From Candidatus Kapaibacterium sp. (GTDB lineage: Bacteria; Bacteroidota; Ignavibacteria; Kapaibacteriales; UBA2268): a stretch of 64,000 nt of DNA. A program made the position numbers and the translations under genes. The notes beneath the pieces are model-generated. The model was not told the DNA's origin. It saw only the letters and a program-made list of their open reading frames with translations, and searched no databases. Below are positions 9,385 to 18,024 of the stretch, piece by piece. The DNA is taken from the NCBI GenBank assembly GCA_963665665.1, contig OY762428.1:640001-704000 (forward strand), given 5' to 3'. Each line of letters opens with the position of its first letter. Position 1 is the first letter of the stretch.

Positions 9385-12300
9385 CTACTCTACAACCACC
9401 TTATCGTAATAAATGCCGGTGGGGGTTTTAAGGATGAGGAAGTAGAGGCCTGAGGACAAGTCCTGAATGTTTATTTTAATTTTATCTTTGCTGTTGAGGG
9501 GAAGTTCGCGGAGGAGCTTGCCCTGTGAATCATATATTTCAAGGTTTTGAGGGTTGGAAATGTCGCCGCTGAGACTGATTTCGATTTGGCCGGTTGCAGG
9601 GTTGGGGAATGCTGTGATGCCGGGGATGGCGAATGCGGATATTGCCCGCAGATCGCCGATGCAGATCTCTTCCACTTTCAGCAGGCCGTTTTGGGTGGAA
9701 TTATCGATATAAGGGCTGTCCCACTCGAAGCTGTTTATTTTTAATTCGCATTCGCGTATGTCTGAAAGGAGCAGGCCGCCGGATAGTTCCGCTATTGCCT
9801 GTTCGCCATTACTAAGACTGATATTCTCGCCTGATATGCTTAAAATACGTTCCCTGCCTGATATTTTATTACTTAGAATGTCTGCGTTATTAATTCCCGA
9901 AAGGTCGTAAAGGTAGGCGTCAAGGCTGATTTCAGCGGTGTAGGAAAGTCCGCTTACATCCTCGGTGGAATTCAGGTTCACCATAAGCGGAATGCGGAAA
10001 TCAGGATCGCCTATCGTTCCTATTGTTTCGGGAAAGTAAATCAGGTTTTCATGTTTTACTATTCCGGATATATCAATAGTATCCCGGTATTCGCAGAAAG
10101 GCCCGGCAAATTTCAGGTATATTTTATCATCATAATCTCCTGCAATGCCTGAAAATAATGATACAGTCAGCATTTCCGAAAGTCCCGCATTGATTTTCCT
10201 TCCTGCCAGGTCGGGAGCAATAGAAAATTCGGCTGCGTTTTCAAGACTGATTTCTTCTATAGTAAAATCATACTCGCCGGTATTCTTCAATTCAATTTGC
10301 TCTGTTCCGTTTTCGCTGATCCTTGCCGAAACCGAGACGGATTCAGGAATTTCGTAAAGTATTGTGTATCTTTCACCTTGCAGCTCTGTAATAAATTCTT
10401 CCTCAACCATGTCTATCAATATTATATTTCGAGCCTGTGCTGTTTTGGGGCCGTTTGTTGATGATTCGGGAGTGAATACGACTTTCTCAATTATTGATTC
10501 TCCAGGCAGAATATCTATGTTTTCATAACTATCTTTGAATGAAAAGAGTTCTTTATCAGTTCCTTGAATTTCACCGGAAAGTAGTGATATGGGCAGGCTG
10601 CCGGTGTTTTTAATCTCAATATCCATCGTTTTGGACTGGCAGAATTCAGTTTCATCATAATTGCAAAGCGGAGTTACCTCAACGGAGGATTTTATGCCTG
10701 TTGCGTTAATTTTGAAAGCCACGGTATCCGGGCAGGGGCCTTGAATGATGATCTGCGGCCATGCAGAATAATCGATAGGATCGCTTAGGTTGATTTTCAC
10801 ATCTATTTCATAATCCTCGCCTGCCGGGATGATGAATGATTGCGGCTGAATTTCCAGCCAGCCATGGTTTTCAATGATTGAGGAAATAAGCAGGTCGAAA
10901 CCGTTGTGGTTGGTGAGTACGCATTTCAAAGTTGAATCGCGGTTTATTCCCACTTCGCCGAAGGAAATATTCTCAGCAGTGAGGTTCACAGATTCTGTCT
11001 CGCCGCGAAGCCTGACAGTACGGAATCCCTCTTCAGGGTGATCTGTCTTAATCCTCAGTTCGCCAGTTTTAAGTCCGTCGGGCGCTTGAGGAGTAAAGCG
11101 TATCAGGTAGAACGCGGTGTCGAGAAAATTGAGGACAGTCCCCATTGGCGTTGCCGACACAATTTCAAAATCATCTTTATTTTTCAGGTATCCTTCGTCA
11201 AGGAGTTCAACAGGGGCTGCGCCGCAGTTCACAAGCCTGACGGTGTCTAACGGGGTCTTGCAGTCCGCCACGAAGCCATAATCAATATCGTTTGCAGCAA
11301 GTTCATAACGCAGGGTTATAGTATGCAGGTTCACAAAGCAGTCGATTGGGCAGGCCTCGCCAATCTTTTGTGTTTCAATAAAAAGGGTATCGAAATACTC
11401 CTCTTCGGCGGTGCCCTGGACTGTCATTGTAACTATCATGCTGTCGCCGGGAATGAGGACTGCCGGTATAGCCGGGTCTGTTTCCGTGATCCTGAATGGC
11501 AGATCGAACTCATTTAAGTCGCTGATGTACAAATCTGAAGTTCCGGAATTGTGTATTGTGAATGTCTTCTCGGGACGTTTCCCGAACTTCACATACCCGA
11601 AGTCAATATCATTGCTGATCTCCATTCCCGGCTCTACGACGAGGGCTTTTATCAGCAGGGAATCCAATATCTCATCATCTTCATTGCAGTAGATGTACAT
11701 CATTGTTTCAATCGGCCCGGTTTTGTCCGGGGCAATATGTATTCTCACACCAAGTGTATCATTCCAGAAAAGCGAATCCCCCCGCATGTATTCGCCGGAA
11801 AAATGCTCGCTATCATCGAATACAGGCGGTTTCAGTTCAAGGCCGAAATCAGATAGGTTTTTTAAAGCAATATCAGCAGTGTTAGTTTCATTTACACATA
11901 TCCTGCCCATGTTAAGAGTATCAATTTTATATTTTGCAAGTTTATCCATGATTTCAATCTTCAACGCTTCGATAGTAAATTTGGCGAGATAGGCTATATG
12001 GTTTGGTACCCGGTAATCCGTATTTACAGGTGAATAATATTTTTCTAATTTACCAGGGGTGTTGCCACCAATACATAAAGTGTTAGGTGGTTTGAATTTA
12101 GTTGAATAGGCATAGTCATCAATGTGAAATTCATTAACTCCAAACTGGTATTCCCATAAAATCATCCCGCTGGGATCTATTTTTTTGATCAAAACATCAA
12201 AATTATCTTTTTTACCTGTTAGTATCAGTAGTGCAACAAAGGCGTTACCATATTGGTCAACTGAATTTATTTGAAATTCATGAACCGGATCAACATCAAA

Positions 12301-13092
12301 AATTGACATTGGCGGATGTATTATATTATAGATAATATTCCCTTCTTTATCTATTTTTGTTGTACTTTCATTATCCCCAGCTGAGTCGTCATAATTAAAA
12401 TCACCACCTGAAAAAATTATATTATCATCTTTATCTACCGCAATCCATCTGACTTCGTATCCGGGTATTGAATTTTTTCTTTGTATAATCGAACCGTCTT
12501 CCTTATCCAAAATATAGTAATTATAATCTAAGGTAGCACGAGTATCGGACCGAAGAACAACCAGGTCATCATTGCTGTTAACAGCAATGATGAGTATTCC
12601 TAAGCCTAAATTCTGCTTCCATGCAAAATTACCATCTTTATCAATTTTCATAATTCTGTTCTTACCCTCTAACCTGGCATAGATATTTCCCTCGCTGTCA
12701 GAAACGAGATAATTAAAAATTCGTTCGTTATCATAAGAAAAATTCCATATCAATTCTCCGTCAGAAGAATATTTTTCAATATGTTCTGATGAACTTACGA
12801 TAATATTATCATAAGGATCAATTGTTAATGCTCCCAAACCTCTGTCCTCAAAATTTATTTCCCATATTAGTTTTGAGTCAGAGTCAAATTTAACTAACCT
12901 GTCGTAACTTGCACCTGGCCCGTCAGCAATAAAATAGACATTATCTTTAGAGTCAAAATCAATATCAGATACAACAATTCCTGAATAATAAGCAGCCCAG
13001 TCTAAGTGAATTGGGATACTGTCTCTTGTCTGGGAATTGGTTGAAGATATTGATATTATAAAAACTAAAATAGATAGTATTAAAGCACGCAT
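9385..13092 (-). CDS. Secreted modular protein: beta-propeller-like head (different variant) + conserved Ig-repeat stalk + T9SS CTD
   Basis: ORF 9385-13356; signal peptide MRALILSILVF begins at 13092 after GGAGTTTTT; the in-frame upstream extension is the 9-bp repeat. Confidence 0.88.
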   Translation of the reverse strand: MRALILSILVFIISISSTNSQTRDSIPIHLDWAAYYSGIVVSDIDFDSKDNVYFIADGPGASYDRLVKFDSDSKLIWEINFEDRGLGALTIDPYDNIIVSSSEHIEKYSSDGELIWNFSYDNERIFNYLVSDSEGNIYARLEGKNRIMKIDKDGNFAWKQNLGLGILIIAVNSNDDLVVLRSDTRATLDYNYYILDKEDGSIIQRKNSIPGYEVRWIAVDKDDNIIFSGGDFNYDDSAGDNESTTKIDKEGNIIYNIIHPPMSIFDVDPVHEFQINSVDQYGNAFVALLILTGKKDNFDVLIKKIDPSGMILWEYQFGVNEFHIDDYAYSTKFKPPNTLCIGGNTPGKLEKYYSPVNTDYRVPNHIAYLAKFTIEALKIEIMDKLAKYKIDTLNMGRICVNETNTADIALKNLSDFGLELKPPVFDDSEHFSGEYMRGDSLFWNDTLGVRIHIAPDKTGPIETMMYIYCNEDDEILDSLLIKALVVEPGMEISNDIDFGYVKFGKRPEKTFTIHNSGTSDLYISDLNEFDLPFRITETDPAIPAVLIPGDSMIVTMTVQGTAEEEYFDTLFIETQKIGEACPIDCFVNLHTITLRYELAANDIDYGFVADCKTPLDTVRLVNCGAAPVELLDEGYLKNKDDFEIVSATPMGTVLNFLDTAFYLIRFTPQAPDGLKTGELRIKTDHPEEGFRTVRLRGETESVNLTAENISFGEVGINRDSTLKCVLTNHNGFDLLISSIIENHGWLEIQPQSFIIPAGEDYEIDVKINLSDPIDYSAWPQIIIQGPCPDTVAFKINATGIKSSVEVTPLCNYDETEFCQSKTMDIEIKNTGSLPISLLSGEIQGTDKELFSFKDSYENIDILPGESIIEKVVFTPESSTNGPKTAQARNIILIDMVEEEFITELQGERYTILYEIPESVSVSARISENGTEQIELKNTGEYDFTIEEISLENAAEFSIAPDLAGRKINAGLSEMLTVSLFSGIAGDYDDKIYLKFAGPFCEYRDTIDISGIVKHENLIYFPETIGTIGDPDFRIPLMVNLNSTEDVSGLSYTAEISLDAYLYDLSGINNADILSNKISGRERILSISGENISLSNGEQAIAELSGGLLLSDIRECELKINSFEWDSPYIDNSTQNGLLKVEEICIGDLRAISAFAIPGITAFPNPATGQIEISLSGDISNPQNLEIYDSQGKLLRELPLNSKDKIKINIQDLSSGLYFLILKTPTGIYYDKVVVE

Positions 13093-13123
13093 AAAAACTC
13101 CGGGATAGTATGATTCTAAACTT

Positions 13124-13325
13124 GGATTAATAGGATGTATAGGATTAATAGGATGGACAGGATTAATAGGATGAACAGGATTAATAGGATGAACAGGATG
13201 GACAGGATTAATAGGATGAACAGGATGAATTGGATGAACAGGATGAATTGGATGAATTGGATGAATTGGATTAATAGGATGTATAGGATGTATAGGATTA
13301 ATAGGATGTATAGGATTATTGGGAT
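13124..13325. repeat. 9-bp tandem repeat array (23 GGAT cores), paralog of 881-1046
   Basis: GGAT at 13124 ... 13322 in 9-bp steps; flanks nearly identical to the first copy. Confidence 0.95.
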
Positions 13326-13544
13326 AATCAATCTCATTTTTTGTTGGAAATGGCATATTTTCATCCTCTCCTTTTTTATTCTTGTGATTTAGCTAATATA
13401 ACAAATTATATAGTGCAAAGTTGCAGGGGTTTTGAATTATTATTTCCGGCCCTGTCTCAATCCCCGCAGAGCTGTCACTCTGAGCGCAGCGAAGAGTCCA
13501 TTCCTAATTGACAATGGACAATTAAGAATTAAAAATTGGAAGAA

Positions 13545-15113
13545 GCCACCTGTCCCCCGCTGTCGCCGACGTGTCGGGAAAGGGCGGGGTGGACTTCCGG
13601 AAAAATTCCCCTCCCTTGGAGGGGATTAAAGGGGTGGTTTCTTTTTCTTAGCCTCCGCACCTTGCACATTTACCCACGAGCTAAAGCACGTGGCTATTGA
13701 ACTTGACGATGGTAAAACTGCATGTCATCCTGAGTGAAGCGAAGGATCCATTCTTTATGCATCAGCTACTAAGAAAGATGGATTCTTCGGTCGCTTCGCT
13801 CCGTCAGAATGACAACATACTACCTCCTTCTCCGGCCCTTACCCCCCGTTTTTCCACCCCAATGAACAGGCCGCAGGACTTAATTCCCTATCCTGTGGTT
13901 TCAATGAACCGGATAATTTCCTTACTTCAATGCTGTTTTGAACCAGAATTCAAATGTTTGGGCTAATTGCTTGGATTGCAGGGCTTTAAACTGCCATGGC
14001 CGGAGTTATTGAATCATTGTTTGGCCTTAATGTAGTGAAATTTGGCCTTATTGAGGACTTGTTTAGCCTTATTGAGGACTTGTTTGGCCTTACTGAGGAC
14101 TTGTTTGACCTTATTGAGGTCTTGTTTGACCTTACTGAGGACTTGTTTGACCTTACTGAGGACTTGTTTGACTTTACTGAGGTCTTGTTTGGCCTTACTG
14201 AGGACTTGTTTAGCCTTACTGAACACTTGGTTGACCTTACTGAACACTTGTTTGACCTTACTGAACGCTTGGTTGATCTTACTGAACATGTTCTTTGCCT
14301 CCGACCAAGAGTTCAATGACTTCGACCAAGGCAGAAATGACTCCGACCAAGGCGTCAATAACTCCGAACAAGGCAGCAATATCATCAAACATCGGTGCAT
14401 CGATTTGGAACAATGCAGCAATAAAGCAAAACATTGATGCAATAGCGTCGAACAAGTGTTCATTATCACCAAACATCGGTGCATCGATTTGGAACAATGC
14501 GTCATTATCTTCAACCAAGGCGGCAATGACTCCGACCAAGGCGGCAATGACTTCGACCAAGGCATCAATAACTCCGAACAAGGCAGCAATATCATCAAAC
14601 ATCGGTGCATCGATTTGGAACAATGCAGCAATAAAGCAAAACATTGATGCAATAGCGTCGAACAAGTGTTCATTATCACCAAACATCGGTGCATCGATTT
14701 GGAACAATGCGTCATTATCTTCAACCAAGGCGGCAATGACTTAAAACATTGGTGCATTGCTTCCAACCAAGTCAGCAACAGAATCAAACATTGATGCAAT
14801 AGCGTCGACCCCTCCCAAACCCTCCCCGAAGGGGAGGGCTTTGAAGAAAAACATTGCTGCAATGACTTAGACCAAGGCATCAATAACTCCGACCAAGGCG
14901 TCAATTGTTTCGACCAAGGCAGCAATAAAGCAAAACATTGGTGCAATGGCTTCAACCCCTCCTACCTCCCCCCGGCTCCCTCCTTCGGAAGGAGGGGGAG
15001 TTAATCTTATGATATTTAACTTCTTATCCCCTCCTCAGGGAGGAGGGGAATACAGGGGAGGTTTTCTTTATCTTAGCTTCCTTTATCCACGAGCTAAAGC
15101 ACGTGGCTATTGA
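13545..15113. mobile_element. Composite non-autonomous repeat element, copy A (ordered REP-like modules enclosing a 21-bp foldback array)
   Basis: Colinear with 44160-45543; CCACGAGCTAAAGCACGTGGCTATTGA direct repeats at 13674-13700 and 15087-15113; mobility is inferred only from the dispersed copies. Confidence 0.6.
13852..14960. repeat. Inverted pair of 21-bp tandem arrays around the palindrome GAACATGTTC (14284-14293), copy A
   Basis: 12 clean left units at 14041-14292; right-arm units are reverse-complement-like; 210-bp-period internal duplication. Confidence 0.9.
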
Positions 15114-15316
15114 TTTTGACGAAGACCGTGGTATACAGTTTGATTTGCCTGCCCCGATTTAAAGTATAATTATCCGGGGCTTGTCCGGGAATAACATATA
15201 GTAATTTCAGGAAAAGGTATGTATTAATTAAATAATTTGATAAATTTATAAAGCTAATTTTTAGATAGTTGTATTATCAGTTAAATTAACTCGATCTGAA
15301 AGTAAAGCAGGAAGTC

Positions 15317-16309
15317 ATGGAAAGAAGAAAATTTATTAAAACTATATCAGCAGCATCGGCGGGGGCAGTTTTTGCACAGTCTGTAATCTCGTGCAAGTCG
15401 GACGCGGAACATGTGAAAGAAGAATCGGTTAAGCCGGAATTACCTGTTGCAATTTGCACATGGAATTTCCGGAATGCCATAGTTAAAGCCGGAGAGGTTA
15501 TAAGTTCAGGAGGCTCTTCTATTGACGCTGTAGAGCAGGGAGTGATGGTTGAAGAAGCCGACGAGACTAATACAACCGTTGGCCGGGGAGGAGCGCCGGA
15601 CAGGGACGGCAACGTAACTCTTGATGCCTGTATAATGAATAAAGACGGCGATTACGGTGCTGTTGCATGCCTCAGGAATATTCTTCATCCGGTTTCGGTG
15701 GCACGCATGGTTATGGAAAAAACTCCACATGCTATACTTGCCGGCAAGGGGGCTTTGCAGTTTGCCCTGGAAAACGGCTTTAAGGAGGAAAACCTTCTGA
15801 CAGAAAAATCACGCAAAGAATGGGAAAAATGGAAAGTAAAATCCGAGTATAAGCCTGTTATAAATATTGAAAGCCACGATACTATAGGAATGCTGGCGCT
15901 TGATAAAAACGGCGATATTGCCGGAGCCTGCACCACGAGCGGATTGGCATATAAAATGGCAGGCAGGGTCGGGGACTCGCCAATAATCGGGTCGGGGCTT
16001 TATGTTGATAATGAAGTTGGCGGAGCCGTAGCTACAGGCCTTGGCGAGGAAGTTTTGAAAAATGTTTGTTGCTTTCTTGTTGTGGAGTTAATGAGGAATG
16101 GCGCCTCGCCCGGTGAAGCCTCCAAAACGGCTATTGAAAGAATTATAGCAAGAAACAAAGATTATAAGGATTTTCAGGTGGGGCTGATAGCTTTGAATAA
16201 AAACGGCATAGCCGGGTCATACAGTATTCACGACGGATTTTCATACGCCATGCACCAAAATAATGAGATAAAAAATATTCAGTCACCATTTTACAACAAA
16301 GAACAATGA
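15317..16309 (+). CDS. aspG: N(4)-(beta-N-acetylglucosaminyl)-L-asparaginase (glycosylasparaginase, Ntn hydrolase), Tat-type signal
   Basis: MERRKFIK twin-arginine signal; autoproteolysis site HDTIG; GRVGDSPIIGSG; TGLGE. Confidence 0.9.
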   Translation: MERRKFIKTISAASAGAVFAQSVISCKSDAEHVKEESVKPELPVAICTWNFRNAIVKAGEVISSGGSSIDAVEQGVMVEEADETNTTVGRGGAPDRDGNVTLDACIMNKDGDYGAVACLRNILHPVSVARMVMEKTPHAILAGKGALQFALENGFKEENLLTEKSRKEWEKWKVKSEYKPVINIESHDTIGMLALDKNGDIAGACTTSGLAYKMAGRVGDSPIIGSGLYVDNEVGGAVATGLGEEVLKNVCCFLVVELMRNGASPGEASKTAIERIIARNKDYKDFQVGLIALNKNGIAGSYSIHDGFSYAMHQNNEIKNIQSPFYNKEQ

Positions 16310-17637
16310 AAGATAATAACAAGTATTTACTGCCGTTTATCGCCCTCACTACTCTGTTTTTCCTTTGGGGCTTTATTACCGTTCTCGTGGACGCCTTTAT
16401 TCCGCGCCTGCGCGAGGTGTTTGAACTTTCTTATGGAAAAGCCGGATTGGTGCAGGTGGCATGGTTTCTGGCTTACCTGCTAATATCAATACCCGGCGGA
16501 AAAATAGTATCCCGGCTGGGCTACAAGAAAGGAATAATTGCCGGGCTTTTAATATCCGGCCTTGGCTGTCTGATATTTATTCCGGCAGCTTCGTTCAGGT
16601 CGTTCTACATTTTCCTAATGGCACTCTTCACTCTGGCCGGCGGCATTACAATACTCCAGGTTGCCGCCAACCCCTTTGTATCCGTTCTCGGGCCCGAGCA
16701 AAAGGCTTCGAGCAGGCTGAATCTATCCCAGGCATTCAATTCGCTTGGAACAACCCTGGCCCCGATTTTTGCCAGCGCTTTTCTGCTGAGCGACACAATA
16801 AAATCTTCTGTTGAGATTAATGAATTAAGCTCTGCTGCGAAGGAAATATATTACGCTTCCGAAGCATCGGCAGTTCAAATGCCCTTCCTGTTTATAGCAG
16901 TTTTTCTTATCCTGCTCGGGACAATTTTTGCATTTATCAAACTACCAAGAATACTGGAAAAGAGCGACAGCAAAAACCGCTTTCGCGACGCCCTGAAATT
17001 TCCGCAGCTGCGCCTTGGAGCTATTGGTATATTCCTTTATGTTGGCGCTGAAGTGGCCATTGGCAGTTACCTTATAAATTATTTTCTTGATATGGGAATG
17101 CCGCAGGCTATTATTGATAATGATGTTACCAGGGTAATAGCTACATTTATAGCTAATATTTTCCACGGCATGGATATTAATACGATAGATGCGAAGGCAA
17201 TTGTCGGGACTTTTGTAATATTTTACTGGGGCGGAGCAATGATAGGCAGGTTTATCGGTTCCTGGCTAACCGGGAAATTCAATGCAGCCGGTATTCTTGG
17301 CCTTTTCGGGATCAGCGCTATTTTTCTTCTTCTTATTACTATTAATACAACCGGTTTTACTGCCATGTTCACTGTGCTTGGCGTTGGCCTGTTCAATTCA
17401 ATAATGTTCCCAACAATATTTACATTGTCGATAGAAGGGCTGGACAGCTACAAACCGCAGGCTTCGGGTATTCTGTGTACCGCAATTTTCGGAGGAGCGG
17501 TAATACCACCCCTATTCGGAGTAATCGCCGACGGTTTTGGATTTAAAACTGCTTTTATTTTGCCAATACTTTGCTACATTTTCATAATATTTTTCGCGAT
17601 GTATATGAGAAAGCGAACCTCCGAAGTTATGGCTTAG
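16306..17637 (+). CDS. Glucose/galactose (FucP/GluP family) MFS sugar transporter
   Basis: LFFLWGF, QVAANPFV, RLNLSQAFNSLG, YVGAEV, NSIMFPTIF motifs; overlaps the aspG stop. Confidence 0.9.
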   Translation: MKDNNKYLLPFIALTTLFFLWGFITVLVDAFIPRLREVFELSYGKAGLVQVAWFLAYLLISIPGGKIVSRLGYKKGIIAGLLISGLGCLIFIPAASFRSFYIFLMALFTLAGGITILQVAANPFVSVLGPEQKASSRLNLSQAFNSLGTTLAPIFASAFLLSDTIKSSVEINELSSAAKEIYYASEASAVQMPFLFIAVFLILLGTIFAFIKLPRILEKSDSKNRFRDALKFPQLRLGAIGIFLYVGAEVAIGSYLINYFLDMGMPQAIIDNDVTRVIATFIANIFHGMDINTIDAKAIVGTFVIFYWGGAMIGRFIGSWLTGKFNAAGILGLFGISAIFLLLITINTTGFTAMFTVLGVGLFNSIMFPTIFTLSIEGLDSYKPQASGILCTAIFGGAVIPPLFGVIADGFGFKTAFILPILCYIFIIFFAMYMRKRTSEVMA

Positions 17638-17654
17638 TCCTGGAATAGATGACA

Positions 17655-17785
17655 ATTTCTCTTTTCCCTCCTTCCCAAGTTATACTTGGGAAGGAATATT
17701 TCCTACAAAGTTCTACTGTGGAATTATGAAGCTTAGCTTCAAGAGAGAACTGCATTACGAAGTACAAGTTCGTAATGAGGGGAAA
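17655..17785 (-). repeat. Three-hairpin REP-like module (CATTACGAA..TTCGTAATG / GAAGCT.AGCTTC / TTCCCAAG..CTTGGGAAGGAG); reverse complement of 1235-1355, partial at 45555-45643
   Basis: Direct reverse-complement alignment by eye. Confidence 0.85.
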
Positions 17786-18024
17786 AGGAGCTTGCGACTG
17801 AAAAATCCATATTCCTAACCCTCCTGCTCGATAACTTAACCCACAGCAACAGCAGCGATACAGCAACAAGAAACATTTGCGGGAATAATAAAGATTGATT
17901 AAGTTCCGGCAATCAATAACAATGCGAAAAAGTTTGAGACCAAATTGAATTTGATATGTTACTAACTATATATAAATAATACTACCCGATGGTAGTAATG
18001 TAAAAACAATTATGGGGCTTTACC

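Noticed and set aside
1731-11992. Recurring antisense ORFs inside the stalk genes
   Set aside because: They recur only because the underlying sense genes are near-identical duplicates.
1075-13502. Integron cassette array with attC sites
   Set aside because: No integrase in the window; spacers carry their own promoter-like sequence and I could not find RYYYAAC/GTTRRRY core sites bounding the hairpins.
14284-14293. LexA/SOS (Cheo) box
   Set aside because: The Cheo box is GAAC-N4-GTTC; this is GAAC-N2-GTTC and lies mid-array, not in a promoter.
13996-14955. Heptad/coiled-coil protein genes (ORFs 13996, 14014, 14042, 14279, 14295 and 44625-45344)
   Set aside because: Several frames on both strands are open because of the repeat, there is no clear RBS, the longest frame translates through a REP hairpin, and start points differ between copies. 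Not called as CDS, though coding is not fully excluded.
14041-14960. CRISPR array
   Set aside because: Units are contiguous 21-mers with no unique spacers, and no cas genes are present; the same applies to 44670-45375 and the 9-bp arrays.
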